From Escherichia phage vB_EcoM_CRJP21, in sequence record OQ708376.1: a stretch of 64,000 nucleotides of DNA. One strand, 5' to 3'. Shown here piece after piece: positions 48,462-63,179 of the stretch. A model generated the notes under the pieces. The model had not been told where the DNA came from and did not search any database. It saw only the letters and a program-made list of their open reading frames with translations. Position 1 is the first letter of the stretch. Every line of letters starts with the position of its first letter. Made by a program: the position numbers and the translations under genes.

Positions 48462-51400
48462 ATGTATATCGATGCTTATATGGAACGTAAACGTACTGGT
48501 GATATTCTTCATGTAGTTGAACGTAAGAATGGTAAACGTATTCTACGCGAATTAGAACCAGTATATGAATATTATGTTGAATCCCCACAAGGAACACATA
48601 AAACTGTTTATGGTACAATGGCTAAACATTTTGAGTTTCAAACTCAAGCTCAAATGAATAAAAGTGTAGAGAAACACAAAAGTGAAGGTCTACGTATTTT
48701 TGAAAGTGATTGTAACATTACATTTAAAACATTAGCCAAAGAATATATGGGAAAAGGCTCACCCGATTTGAACATCGTGTTCTTCGATATCGAGACTGAT
48801 TTCCATAAGAAATTTGGTTATGCTCCACCATCAGACCCGTTTAACCGAGTAACCGCTATTTCTCTATATCAATCATGGACTGGAAAGGATTATGTACTTA
48901 CTTTACCACCTGCTGATATGGAAATTTATGAAGCACAAGATATTGTTCGCCAACTAAATGAAGAAACAAACGATCCTAACAGTACTGTAATTTTATATAC
49001 AGACGAAAAGGAAATGTTTATGGAATTCTTTAGTTTAATTGATGATTCTGATGTTATTTCAGGATGGAATAGTGAATTCTTTGATATTCCATATATGATC
49101 AATCGAACTAAAAAAATCTTCAATGAAGCAACAACTGCTCGTTGGTGTTTATGGAATAAAAAACCAAATTCACGTGAAGCAGACAACTTTGGTAAAACTG
49201 TTCAAACATATGATCTGGTAGGTCGCGTCCATCTTGATTATTTGGCTTTGTATAAGAAACATGCTGGTCAAGTTGAACAATCTTATAAACTAGATTATAT
49301 TGCTGAAAAAGTAACTAAAGAAAATAAAGTATCATATGAAGGTTCATTGGATAAACTTTACAGAGAGGATTACATTACTTTCTTGCGTTATTCTAAACAG
49401 GATAGTATTCTTCTTAAAAAGATTGATGCTAAATGTGACTATATCAACCTACACAATCGACTTGCACACAAAGAATGTGTACTTATCAGCACAACAATGG
49501 GTTCAGTAGCACTAATCGACACTGCTATTATCAACTTAGCACATACTCGTGGTGAAGTTGTTTTTAACAAAGCACCTAAAGATGATCTTGAGTTTGATCC
49601 AGAAATGGAATATTATGGTGAAGATGGTGAAGATGAAGATGAGAAAATTAGTGCAAAAGCAGCAGGTGCATGGGTACAAGATCCAGTACTAGGACTTGTA
49701 AGTGACCTTGGGTGTACTGACTTTAACTCTCTTTACCCTACAGTTCTACGCACTTTGGGTATGAGTACTGAATGTATTCTTGGTCAATTACGTCAAGATT
49801 ACACCGATGCGTATCTTGCAGCTAAAATCCAAGAACAGAAGAACAAATCTAAATCTAAATCATTTGAACCAGATTGGACTGCGGCATGGCATGGTTTATT
49901 TGCTGCTGTTGAATTTACAATGGTTCATGAAAAGTCAGAAGAAACATTGATTGTTGATTTAGAAGATGGGAGTTCTTTTAAAGCAACGGGCAAAGAGCTA
50001 TATGATATTATTTTTGCAGAAGATAGTACTATTGTACTTAGTGCAAACGGAACACTTTTTGATAAGTCTAAGTCTGGTGTAATTCCTGACATTCTAACTC
50101 AATGGTATTCTGAACGTAAAGCACAGCAAAAAATGGTCATTGACTACAAACATATGTATACTGATGGTTGGGAGTTTAATGGCTATGAAAAAGTCGAACC
50201 ACTACTATCAAACTATACCCCTGGTACAATGTTTAGAACTAATATTCATGATAATGATCCTGTATACTTACTTCGTAAAGAAATTGGTAAAGGACAATGG
50301 GATGAAGTTGCTAAGTTGATTGTAGAAAATGGTTTAGTACTAAAAGATGGTCGTATTTTCTGTCCTAAAGAAGAAAAAGATTACTTCAAACAACGTAGTG
50401 CTTTCTGGAAACAGAACCAACAGATTCGTAAGATTCTTCTAAACAGTCTATATGGTGCACTATTGAACAAAGGTTCTCGTTTCTTTGACAAACGTTTAGG
50501 TCAATCCGTAACATTAACTGGACGTTCTATGACCAAACATATGGCAAGTCGTATCAATGAGATTACTACTGGTGTATATAATCACCAAGGTGGTTCAGTA
50601 ATTTATGGTGATACTGACTCAGTTTACTTTAGTGTAACGCATTATCTGAAAGAACAAGGTATTCCATATAATCTATCTAAAGAAGAGATTGTTGATATGT
50701 ATATTAAAATTGGTGAAGAAGTTGGTGAATCTTTCCCATCATTTATGCATGAGATGTTCAACACTGGTATTGAAAAAGGTAAGATTGTTGGTGCAGACCT
50801 TGAGATGGTTGGTTCACGTGGCCTATTCTTGAAGAAAAAACGTTATGCAATTCTGAAGTACTGGGAAGATGGGTTCCGTAAAGATATTGATGGTAAACCA
50901 GGTGAAATCAAAGCGATGGGTCTTGAAATTAAACGCTCAGACACGCCAAAATACATCCAGAACTTCCTAGAAGAGACTCTAATCGCATTACTGGTAGGTG
51001 AGAGTGAACAGCAGCTAAAACAGCGTGTACGTGAGTTTAAGGACGTATTTAAGGATATGCCTGTACATGAAAAAGGTTCACCAAAAACTGTAAAAAACTA
51101 CACTAATTTAGAGGCTGAATATCAGCTAACTGGTAAGTGTAAAGTTGGTCACGTTCTTGCTGGTATCCAATGGAACCGTCTACGTGAAGTTTATGATGAT
51201 AAATCTGTTCCAGAAGTAACAGATGGAACAAAAGTAATTGTCTGTAACTTAAAAGATAATCCTATGGGAATTAAAGCTGTTGGATATCCAATTGACTGTG
51301 TTGAGTATCTACCAGAATGGTTCTTGGAACTACCATTTGATACTGAAAAAATGGAAGAGATTGTTCTAACTAAAAAATTAGAGAATATTTTTGGTATTTT

Positions 51401-51467
51401 GGATATGGATATTGGTATTCATGAAAAAAGTACTGCGTCAGTAAACAATGGATTCTTCACTTGGTAA
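48462..51467 (+). CDS. gp43: Family-B DNA polymerase, gp43-like
   Basis: Exo I motif FFDIETDF, polymerase motif A DFNSLYP, motif C YGDTDS; 1001 aa. Confidence 0.9.
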   Translation: MYIDAYMERKRTGDILHVVERKNGKRILRELEPVYEYYVESPQGTHKTVYGTMAKHFEFQTQAQMNKSVEKHKSEGLRIFESDCNITFKTLAKEYMGKGSPDLNIVFFDIETDFHKKFGYAPPSDPFNRVTAISLYQSWTGKDYVLTLPPADMEIYEAQDIVRQLNEETNDPNSTVILYTDEKEMFMEFFSLIDDSDVISGWNSEFFDIPYMINRTKKIFNEATTARWCLWNKKPNSREADNFGKTVQTYDLVGRVHLDYLALYKKHAGQVEQSYKLDYIAEKVTKENKVSYEGSLDKLYREDYITFLRYSKQDSILLKKIDAKCDYINLHNRLAHKECVLISTTMGSVALIDTAIINLAHTRGEVVFNKAPKDDLEFDPEMEYYGEDGEDEDEKISAKAAGAWVQDPVLGLVSDLGCTDFNSLYPTVLRTLGMSTECILGQLRQDYTDAYLAAKIQEQKNKSKSKSFEPDWTAAWHGLFAAVEFTMVHEKSEETLIVDLEDGSSFKATGKELYDIIFAEDSTIVLSANGTLFDKSKSGVIPDILTQWYSERKAQQKMVIDYKHMYTDGWEFNGYEKVEPLLSNYTPGTMFRTNIHDNDPVYLLRKEIGKGQWDEVAKLIVENGLVLKDGRIFCPKEEKDYFKQRSAFWKQNQQIRKILLNSLYGALLNKGSRFFDKRLGQSVTLTGRSMTKHMASRINEITTGVYNHQGGSVIYGDTDSVYFSVTHYLKEQGIPYNLSKEEIVDMYIKIGEEVGESFPSFMHEMFNTGIEKGKIVGADLEMVGSRGLFLKKKRYAILKYWEDGFRKDIDGKPGEIKAMGLEIKRSDTPKYIQNFLEETLIALLVGESEQQLKQRVREFKDVFKDMPVHEKGSPKTVKNYTNLEAEYQLTGKCKVGHVLAGIQWNRLREVYDDKSVPEVTDGTKVIVCNLKDNPMGIKAVGYPIDCVEYLPEWFLELPFDTEKMEEIVLTKKLENIFGILDMDIGIHEKSTASVNNGFFTW

Positions 51468-51478
51468 GGAGTAATAAT

Positions 51479-51628
51479 ATGGTTATTGTAAATGAAATTG
51501 AACTAAACTATGATGAAGTAAACGATACTTTCACTAATGAGATGTTGAATCTTACTGAAGAAAGTGTAAATGAGGCATGGGAAAAATATGTAGAATGGAC
51601 TTCATTACAAGGTAAAAATAATGAGTAA
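51479..51628 (+). CDS. Small acidic ORF (49 aa), possibly translationally coupled
   Basis: Manual reading: ATG at 51479 through a stop overlapping the start of the next gene (ATGAGTAA); below ORF-track size cutoff. Confidence 0.3.
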   Translation: MVIVNEIELNYDEVNDTFTNEMLNLTEESVNEAWEKYVEWTSLQGKNNE

Positions 51629-51917
51629 TATATATAAGCGTATTGGTGAAGTATTAGAAGGTAATGGTATCATTAATTCTGTACTAGCATATGATAATGA
51701 TGAAGAAGTAGTTCTAATTGGTGCGGGTTTTACTCGCACTGGTTCAGTGGAAGTTGACGGAGAGATTGCTGATGTTTACACTCTTGTGAAAAAGCGTAAA
51801 GTTGTTTTTGTCGATGATGTACATACATTAAAAGACTTGAAAAAATTACGCGATAAAATTGGCATGAGTTCTACAATTGATAAGCCTTATCTTCAACGTT
51901 GGAATACAAAATACTGA
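51621..51917 (+). CDS. Hypothetical protein (98 aa)
   Basis: ORF between polymerase and clamp-like genes; no motif. Confidence 0.45.
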   Translation: MSNIYKRIGEVLEGNGIINSVLAYDNDEEVVLIGAGFTRTGSVEVDGEIADVYTLVKKRKVVFVDDVHTLKDLKKLRDKIGMSSTIDKPYLQRWNTKY

Positions 51918-51925
51918 TAAAAAAT

Positions 51926-51954
51926 TGAGACAAGCATCATTTTTGAGATATAAT
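51926..51954 (+). promoter_or_regulatory. Promoter: TGAGAC, 17-bp spacer, TATAAT
   Basis: TGAGAC at 51926-51931, TATAAT at 51949-51954; upstream of the clamp-like gene. Confidence 0.5.
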
Positions 51955-52018
51955 GGTGCTTGTAGTAATCTTACATAAAAACATTTTTTGATTAACAAAT
52001 AAAACGGAGAATTATATA

Positions 52019-52750
52019 ATGGATCTACGCAACGTACTACGTGACCTCGTAAACACAACCAGTGGTATTGACTTCTCTTGTATTGCAGTAAGCAGTGAAG
52101 ACCGTGGTGAAGGACAACGTGTATATCTAGAAGCGTACACAGATGACCGAACTCTTGTAATGCGAGCATATACTAAAGAAGATGTTCCTGAAGTTCAGGG
52201 TCGTTTTGGCTTAGGTAATCTAGGTCTTCTTCAGGGTCTAATGTCTCTAAAAACATACAGTACCGAAGGAACCACAATCACATCAAATGTTAAAGATGGT
52301 TCAGTTAAAAGTCTGGCATTTAAATCTGAAGATGCAAGCACTACATTTATGGTACAAGCTGAAAAACTTATTCCAGTTCAACCACGTTTTCATGAACAAC
52401 CATATGACGTACAGGTTATTCCTAGTGCAGCAAAAGTTCAGGAACTAAAGAGTTTTTCTGGTGTATTTAAATCTTTTAGTTCTCTTGTAACTCCGTATAC
52501 TGAAGGCGACACCCTATACTTTCACGTTGGTGAGAAAAACAAAAGTAACCACGTTGGTTCTCTAGCTTTTTCTAAAACTGAAGGTGAATTAGGTCTTGGT
52601 TTTGGTTATAATATTGATCGCGTACTTCAAGCATTATCTCGCGTATCTAATGCCGAATCAGTATCACTTGGTATTACTAAAACTGGTATGCTAAATGTAA
52701 CACTAGATACTGGAATTGCAGTATACAAATTTTACGTAACAGGCTGCTAA
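52019..52750 (+). CDS. Sliding clamp, gp45-like (putative)
   Basis: By-eye similarity to T4 gp45 (N-terminal L..N.TSGI; LGNLGLLQGL vs LNGFLGILSL; DASTTFMV vs DARSTIFW); similar size; downstream of the polymerase. Confidence 0.5.
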   Translation: MDLRNVLRDLVNTTSGIDFSCIAVSSEDRGEGQRVYLEAYTDDRTLVMRAYTKEDVPEVQGRFGLGNLGLLQGLMSLKTYSTEGTTITSNVKDGSVKSLAFKSEDASTTFMVQAEKLIPVQPRFHEQPYDVQVIPSAAKVQELKSFSGVFKSFSSLVTPYTEGDTLYFHVGEKNKSNHVGSLAFSKTEGELGLGFGYNIDRVLQALSRVSNAESVSLGITKTGMLNVTLDTGIAVYKFYVTGC

Positions 52751-52814
52751 TATAAATAACGGGGAACACTATGTTCCCCAAATTAGTTTGATTTAAAAAG
52801 TAAAGGAATACAAA

Positions 52815-53021
52815 ATGCCATTATATACATATCGTTGTGAAAAAGAAGAATGCAAACATAGCATGGAAAAAATTGTTAAAATTGCAAATCGTGATGAACC
52901 TCATGATTGTCCTAAATGTAATGGTGAAAAAACTATGAAGTTGGAAGTGTTCACTCCAGGTGATAAGGGTGCTAATCTTTATTTCCGTGGAAAATGGTTT
53001 GCAAATACTGGAGGTTACTGA
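52815..53021 (+). CDS. Small zinc-ribbon protein (68 aa)
   Basis: C-x5-C ... C-x2-C arrangement (CEKEEC ... CPKC); stop lies 2 nt before the GroES-like start. Confidence 0.45.
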   Translation: MPLYTYRCEKEECKHSMEKIVKIANRDEPHDCPKCNGEKTMKLEVFTPGDKGANLYFRGKWFANTGGY

Positions 53022-53022
53022 T

Positions 53023-53322
53023 ATGAAAATTAAAATGATTAATGATTACGTTCTTGTTCGACAAATTGAAGCACAGAATAAAAGTACTGGTGGTATTATT
53101 CTAGGTAATGTTGAACCACCATGTATTGGGATGGTAATTTCCGTTGGTCCAGGTAAAATTCTTCCGAACGGACAACTAGCAGAACATAATATTAAAGAAG
53201 GTGATATGGTTGTGTTTGGTCGTTCATCTTTGAACACACCACTGACTGAAGATCTTGGTGGGGGCGAAGATACATATTATGTAATGAAAATCGAAGAGAT
53301 TTTTGGTAAGAAAAATGGCTAA
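53023..53322 (+). CDS. GroES-type co-chaperonin (gp31-like)
   Basis: MKIKMINDYVLVRQIE...STGGIILG...GDMVVF parallels GroES; GGAGG RBS 8 nt upstream. The track ORF 52960..53322 shares this reading frame, but its first 21 codons run through the stop of the zinc-ribbon gene, so the ATG at 53023 (just behind the RBS) is taken as the start. Confidence 0.75.
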   Translation: MKIKMINDYVLVRQIEAQNKSTGGIILGNVEPPCIGMVISVGPGKILPNGQLAEHNIKEGDMVVFGRSSLNTPLTEDLGGGEDTYYVMKIEEIFGKKNG

Positions 53323-54040
53323 AAAGAAATTTATTCCATTTTGGATGGTCCCTGCTCACTGGGGACTTTCTGGAAAGGCAAAAGAGATAGCTAAAGCATA
53401 CTACTACAATGATGATTATGAAGCTGATATGAAAGTTGCTGAATTGACATATCTAACTCCATATGAAGTTGAAGTGGCCCAATTGGATATTAAAAAGAAA
53501 TATAGCGTAATTGGAGATTTGGAATATCTAATTGCTGTACTTGATGTTGAACTAAAATATTCTAAAATTACTCGTGAACAGTATGATGTTAAAGTTCTTG
53601 ATGCAAAACTAAGTATTGGAGTTATTACAGAAAAAGAATATGATATGGAAATCATTGAGTTAATGCCAGAAGGTGATGAAAAAAGGCTTAAGGCTATTGA
53701 ATTTGCATATCGTTACGATGAAATCACACAAAGTGAATATTCTAAGGAAATATACACACTTCGTAAAGAACCTTGGATTGATTTGGATGTTGTTCTTGAT
53801 CCTGAAACTAATGAAGTTGAGTTTGTATTTGACTATAATGAATATTTCTGGAAAAAGTTGAAAGCTGAAGGTCATCCAGGAAATGATGAAGAAGAAATTA
53901 TCGATAACTTTGTGAGAGACTTGGGGCGTAAACTTGCTACGGATGATTTCAGTGATGATTACGACACAAAGCTGGTGAGTGCGAACGAAGGATTAGACAA
54001 GCTACCTGGTTTGCCTGAAGGATTTCGTTCATATAGATAA
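53303..54040 (+). CDS. Hypothetical protein (245 aa) with internal repeats
   Basis: ORF overlapping the GroES-like stop; repeated I/E-I-T-x-E/Q-Y motifs; acidic. Confidence 0.45.
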   Translation: MVRKMAKKKFIPFWMVPAHWGLSGKAKEIAKAYYYNDDYEADMKVAELTYLTPYEVEVAQLDIKKKYSVIGDLEYLIAVLDVELKYSKITREQYDVKVLDAKLSIGVITEKEYDMEIIELMPEGDEKRLKAIEFAYRYDEITQSEYSKEIYTLRKEPWIDLDVVLDPETNEVEFVFDYNEYFWKKLKAEGHPGNDEEEIIDNFVRDLGRKLATDDFSDDYDTKLVSANEGLDKLPGLPEGFRSYR

Positions 54041-54043
54041 CAT

Positions 54044-54082
54044 ATAAAAAAAAAGGAGAGCAAATGCTCTCCTTTTCTTTTG
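54044..54082. terminator. Bidirectional rho-independent terminator
   Basis: A-run, stem GGAGAGC (54055-54061) / GCTCTCC (54066-54072), T-run; stem nearly identical to the terminator at 8317-8335. Confidence 0.75.
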
Positions 54083-54089
54083 AAAAATA

Positions 54090-54779
54090 TTAAACCAATG
54101 CTGGGATGTATTGGAAAAGTTTAACACCGAAATCACCTGCTGCATCAGCAGATTGGGAACGTAGGTAAACTTCGGTAACACCATCTTTAGCAAGTAGTGG
54201 AACACCAGTTAGATCATCAATTAGTAGACGGCCTTCTTCGGATTCAGTACTTGGTACACCTTGTGGTGATTTAAGATCTTTGTTAAAGACACCAGCACGT
54301 TCAACTAGGAAGGTTACAACGGAAGCATCAGCAATACTAACTGAACCTGCACTCAATACACCATCAGGTGCGTTGGTGAAACCAGTAACTGGAAATACTT
54401 CAAGACCATTACCTGCGATGTTAGAGGTAGCGATGATAACCGCACGTTGTTGAACAACATCGACAATACGTTTAACGTTAGTTTGTGCTGCATAAGATGC
54501 ATTGTAATCAGCTTCTAGTGTGCCAAGAACAAATGCAGTTCCATCAATACGTTTGATACCTTTATCATTTAGATATGCTAGAATTTCTTCTGGAATATCA
54601 GTGTTTAGAAAACGTTGTAGACCAGCATAAGAAGAAACTGCACCAGTAACTAGAACGTTTACGTTTCCTAGCTTACTGATAGCAATGGATGCTAGGGCGT
54701 TAGTGCCACAAAAGTAACCTAGAATACGTTCAAAGGAATAACCATTGATACGTTCAAAAGAAGTATTAGTATATGACAT
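54090..54779 (-). CDS. Putative virion protein (229 aa), paralogue of 54794..55393
   Basis: Shares blocks with the neighbour (QQRAVIIATS vs QQRAVLVTTS; FLVERAGVFNKD vs FICERQDVFNKQ); high-expression-like codon usage. Confidence 0.55.
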   Translation of the reverse strand: MSYTNTSFERINGYSFERILGYFCGTNALASIAISKLGNVNVLVTGAVSSYAGLQRFLNTDIPEEILAYLNDKGIKRIDGTAFVLGTLEADYNASYAAQTNVKRIVDVVQQRAVIIATSNIAGNGLEVFPVTGFTNAPDGVLSAGSVSIADASVVTFLVERAGVFNKDLKSPQGVPSTESEEGRLLIDDLTGVPLLAKDGVTEVYLRSQSADAAGDFGVKLFQYIPALV

Positions 54780-54793
54780 AATCTATCCTCCTA

Positions 54794-55393
54794 TTATAGT
54801 TGAACAGGAAGAGCAGCACGTACTTTAATTGCTACAGCAGTAGATGCACCTGCATCACCAACACCATCAGTACCTTGACTTACGAAAGTTTTGGTACGGA
54901 AAACTTTAGCTTGAGCGATAGACTTAGCTAGGTCAACAGTTGGATCAACTGGAGCAGGACATGCTGAACCAGGACGAACTTCTTGCTTGTTAAATACGTC
55001 TTGACGTTCACAGATGAAAGTCAATGCAACAGAATTAGCACCACCTGCTACATCAGCACCACTAGTGCCGAACGCAACTACGTTTGGATTAGCATTTTTG
55101 AAATCAGCAGGAATAACAACTTCTGAATCAAGAGCTAGTAGAGAGGTAGTCACTAGAACTGCACGTTGTTGTAGTAGTTGGGTAACCATGAATAGGTTAT
55201 ATTGAGCATTACTTAGAGCAGTTTGATACGCTTCAGCTTGAACATCAGAACCGTCAGAAGTAACTTTGGTAGTACCTAGTTCAACATCAGTTGGTAGATC
55301 GATTACGATGGTAACGAAACCGTTATTACCACCCCACCATTCGCGAGCAACGCTAGACATACCATAGTTACGGTTAAAAGAATTAAGACTCAT
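54794..55393 (-). CDS. Putative virion protein (199 aa), paralogue of 54090..54779
   Basis: Paralogue blocks as above; AAGGAG RBS upstream of the ATG at 55393. Confidence 0.55.
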   Translation of the reverse strand: MSLNSFNRNYGMSSVAREWWGGNNGFVTIVIDLPTDVELGTTKVTSDGSDVQAEAYQTALSNAQYNLFMVTQLLQQRAVLVTTSLLALDSEVVIPADFKNANPNVVAFGTSGADVAGGANSVALTFICERQDVFNKQEVRPGSACPAPVDPTVDLAKSIAQAKVFRTKTFVSQGTDGVGDAGASTAVAIKVRAALPVQL

Positions 55394-55515
55394 GAAAATC
55401 TCCTTGTCAAATTTTGTGCAGGTATATCCTGCTTAAAGTTATTTATCAAAAAATATCACTAGCATTTAAATTTACTGAGATATTTAATGAATTTCTATGA
55501 TATTATTTATCAAAT

Positions 55516-55544
55516 CTGGGAAAGTGATTCAAGATGTGCTATAA
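55516..55544 (+). promoter_or_regulatory. Promoter: TGGGAA, 17-bp spacer, TGcTATAAT
   Basis: TGGGAA at 55516-55521, TATAAT at 55539-55544 with TG at 55536-55537; upstream of RNase H. Confidence 0.45.
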
Positions 55545-55554
55545 TTATTAATGA

Positions 55555-60812
<5,258 letters not shown>

Positions 60813-60822
60813 TTAAAAAATA

Positions 60823-60851
60823 TGGGACAGTATAAAAACCTGTGCTATAAT
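60823..60851 (+). promoter_or_regulatory. Promoter P2: TGGGAC, 17-bp spacer, TGcTATAAT
   Basis: TGGGAC at 60823-60828, TATAAT at 60846-60851 with TG at 60843-60844; about 90 nt upstream of the gp32-like start. Confidence 0.5.
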
Positions 60852-60938
60852 GTAAAACGTTGAAGGAACAATGAAGTTTCTGAAACATTGAAGCCAATTA
60901 ACAAATAACAAAGAAACCCAAAATCAAGGAAGATATAT

Positions 60939-61991
60939 ATGAAATCTCTAGCTGAAATTCGTGCACACCTAAAAGCAGAACAAGAAAAAGCAGAAGCTCA
61001 AAAGAATGGTACATTTACTGGCGAGCGTAAAGCTGATTCGTTCTTAGCTTTCTGGAACGTACCTTATAACGAACCACTAAACCTACGTTTTCTACCAGAT
61101 GCAGATGAGTCTAACCCATTCTTCTGGCGTGAACGTGACATGATTAACCTAACTTTCAATGGTGTAGTCGGTATGCACACTGATAAAGTTACCGTTCAAG
61201 TACCTTGTAACGAAATGTGGGTTCCTAAATCCTGTCCGGTTCTGAAAGAAGTACGTCAATGGTTCCAAAGTGCGAATGAAACAGGGAACGAAGAACTAAA
61301 AGCAATGGCTGGTCGTTACTGGAAGAAGAAAACCTATCTAATGCAATGTTTTATTGCTCCTGATAGCGTTGCAGTAAAAGACGACATTGCACCAGAAAAT
61401 CCAATTCGTCGTATTCTGGCTAACAAAGATATCTTTGATAAAGTTAAATCCATCCTGCTAAACCCAGGCATCAAAGAGTCTCCAACTCACTACGTTCAAG
61501 GTCGTGATTTTGGTATTGTTAAAACTAAGAATGGTGGTGGTTATAATAGCTACGACATGTCTCAATTCTCCATGTCTGAGCGTCCACTAAACGAAGAAGA
61601 ACTAGCAGCAATTGAAAAATATGGCCTATACAATCTAAATGATTTTATGCCAAAACAACCAACTCCAGAAGAGTTGAAAGCAATTGAAGAAATGTTCGAA
61701 GCATCAGTAAATGGTGAAGCATATGATCCAGCACGTTGGGCATTTGCATATCGTCCAGCAGGTGTACCAAAACCTAACTCTGGAACTGTTACTGAATCAA
61801 AACCAACTCCTGCTCCAGTACAACAAGAGTCAGAACCTGCACCAGTAGCACCTACTGCTCCAGTTACACCAGCCCCACAAGCTGCTCCAGTAACTCCAGT
61901 CGCTACCCCAGCAGCAACCACTCCTGAAGCACCAAAAGAACAACTATCTGCATCTGCACTAGTTGCTCGTTTGAAACAACAAGGTAAGTAA
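60939..61991 (+). CDS. gp32: Single-stranded DNA-binding protein, gp32-like
   Basis: N-terminal region with LRFLP and Cys-containing core aligns with T4 gp32 by eye; acidic/Pro-Ala-rich C-terminal tail; adjacent to uvsX. Confidence 0.75.
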   Translation: MKSLAEIRAHLKAEQEKAEAQKNGTFTGERKADSFLAFWNVPYNEPLNLRFLPDADESNPFFWRERDMINLTFNGVVGMHTDKVTVQVPCNEMWVPKSCPVLKEVRQWFQSANETGNEELKAMAGRYWKKKTYLMQCFIAPDSVAVKDDIAPENPIRRILANKDIFDKVKSILLNPGIKESPTHYVQGRDFGIVKTKNGGGYNSYDMSQFSMSERPLNEEELAAIEKYGLYNLNDFMPKQPTPEELKAIEEMFEASVNGEAYDPARWAFAYRPAGVPKPNSGTVTESKPTPAPVQQESEPAPVAPTAPVTPAPQAAPVTPVATPAATTPEAPKEQLSASALVARLKQQGK

Positions 61992-62007
61992 TAGTTTTTG
62001 AAAAGTT

Positions 62008-62038
62008 AAGGGGCAACGGAGTTTGCCCCGTTTTATTT
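62008..62038 (+). terminator. Rho-independent terminator
   Basis: Stem GGGGCAA / TTGCCCC, loop CGGAGT, followed by TTTTATTT. Confidence 0.75.
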
Positions 62039-62060
62039 CATAAAATTCAAGGAGCGAATT

Positions 62061-63179
62061 ATGAAAATGACAAGTGGTTTTGCGAACATTCTTAAAAACA
62101 GTACTGGTAGTGTTAAAAAGAATACTGGTGTTAGTGTTGGTTTTCATGATCCAGATACATGGGTTAGTACTGGTAACTACGCACTAAATTATCGCATCAG
62201 TGGCTATTTTGACCGTGGTATCCCACTAGGCAAAGTAACTATGTTTGCTGGTGAATCAGGTAGTGGTAAATCTTTTATCGTATCTGGTAATATTGCACGT
62301 GAAGCTCAAAAACAAGGCATCTTTGTTGTTATGATTGACTCAGAGAACGCATTGGATTCAGATTGGCTTCAAGCACTTGGTGTTGACACTTCTGAAGAAA
62401 AACTTTTGAAAGTCAATATGGGTATGATTGGTGACGTTGCAAAATTCACCTATGAGTTCATTGAAGGATATCGTAAAGAATACGAAAATACACCTAAAGA
62501 TGAACGTCAAAAAGTATTGTTTATTATTGATTCAATTGGTATGCTAAACACTGAAGTAGCCAATGATCAAATGAAAGCGGGTAACCTTAAAGGTGACATG
62601 GGTCATAAACCCAAACAGCTTAAAGCATATATCACAAACTGTGTAAACTCTATTGGTTCATTGAACATTGGTATGGTTTGCGTTAACCACAGTTATGAAT
62701 CTCAGGACATGTTTAACCCAGATCCTAAAGTTTCAGGTGGTAGTGGTTTGATTTATGCTTCATCTATGGTTATCGCAATGGGTAAATTAAAACTTAAAGA
62801 AGATGAAGACGGAAATAAAACTTCCGAAGTAAATGGTATTCGTGCTAAATGTAAAGTCATGAAGACTCGTTACAACAAGCCGTTTGAAGATGTAGAAATT
62901 AAAATTCCTTGGGATAAAGGTATGGACCCACGTAGTGGTCTACTAGATATGTTTGAAAAATACGGTCTAATCACTAAATCAGGTAACCGTCTATTGTATG
63001 TTGATATTGTAACTGGCGAACAGATTCTAAAATATCGCAAAGAGTGGATGCGTAATGAAGATTCATGTCTTGATTTGGTAATGCATCAATTTAAAAATCA
63101 TCCTTTGATTGAAGAAGTTAAAGAAGAAGAAAAAGGTGATGAAACTTTTGGTACTGATGTGGATATTAGTGAGGAATAA
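62061..63179 (+). CDS. uvsX: UvsX recombinase (RecA-like)
   Basis: Walker A GESGSGKS; C-terminal DPRSGLLDMFEKYGLITKSGNRL matches T4 UvsX DPYSGLLDMALELGFVVKPKNGW. Confidence 0.85.
   Translation: MKMTSGFANILKNSTGSVKKNTGVSVGFHDPDTWVSTGNYALNYRISGYFDRGIPLGKVTMFAGESGSGKSFIVSGNIAREAQKQGIFVVMIDSENALDSDWLQALGVDTSEEKLLKVNMGMIGDVAKFTYEFIEGYRKEYENTPKDERQKVLFIIDSIGMLNTEVANDQMKAGNLKGDMGHKPKQLKAYITNCVNSIGSLNIGMVCVNHSYESQDMFNPDPKVSGGSGLIYASSMVIAMGKLKLKEDEDGNKTSEVNGIRAKCKVMKTRYNKPFEDVEIKIPWDKGMDPRSGLLDMFEKYGLITKSGNRLLYVDIVTGEQILKYRKEWMRNEDSCLDLVMHQFKNHPLIEEVKEEEKGDETFGTDVDISEE

Noticed and set aside
52761-52779. Hairpin GGGGAAC/GTTCCCC after the clamp-like gene as a terminator
   Set aside because: No T-run follows the stem on either strand; it overlaps a TATAAATA motif, so it may be a regulatory structure.
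52960-53022. The first 21 codons of ORF 52960..53322, which would extend the GroES-like gene upstream
   Set aside because: This extension runs through the last 21 codons of the zinc-ribbon gene in another frame and has no RBS; the ATG at 53023 follows a GGAGG RBS and gives a GroES-sized product.
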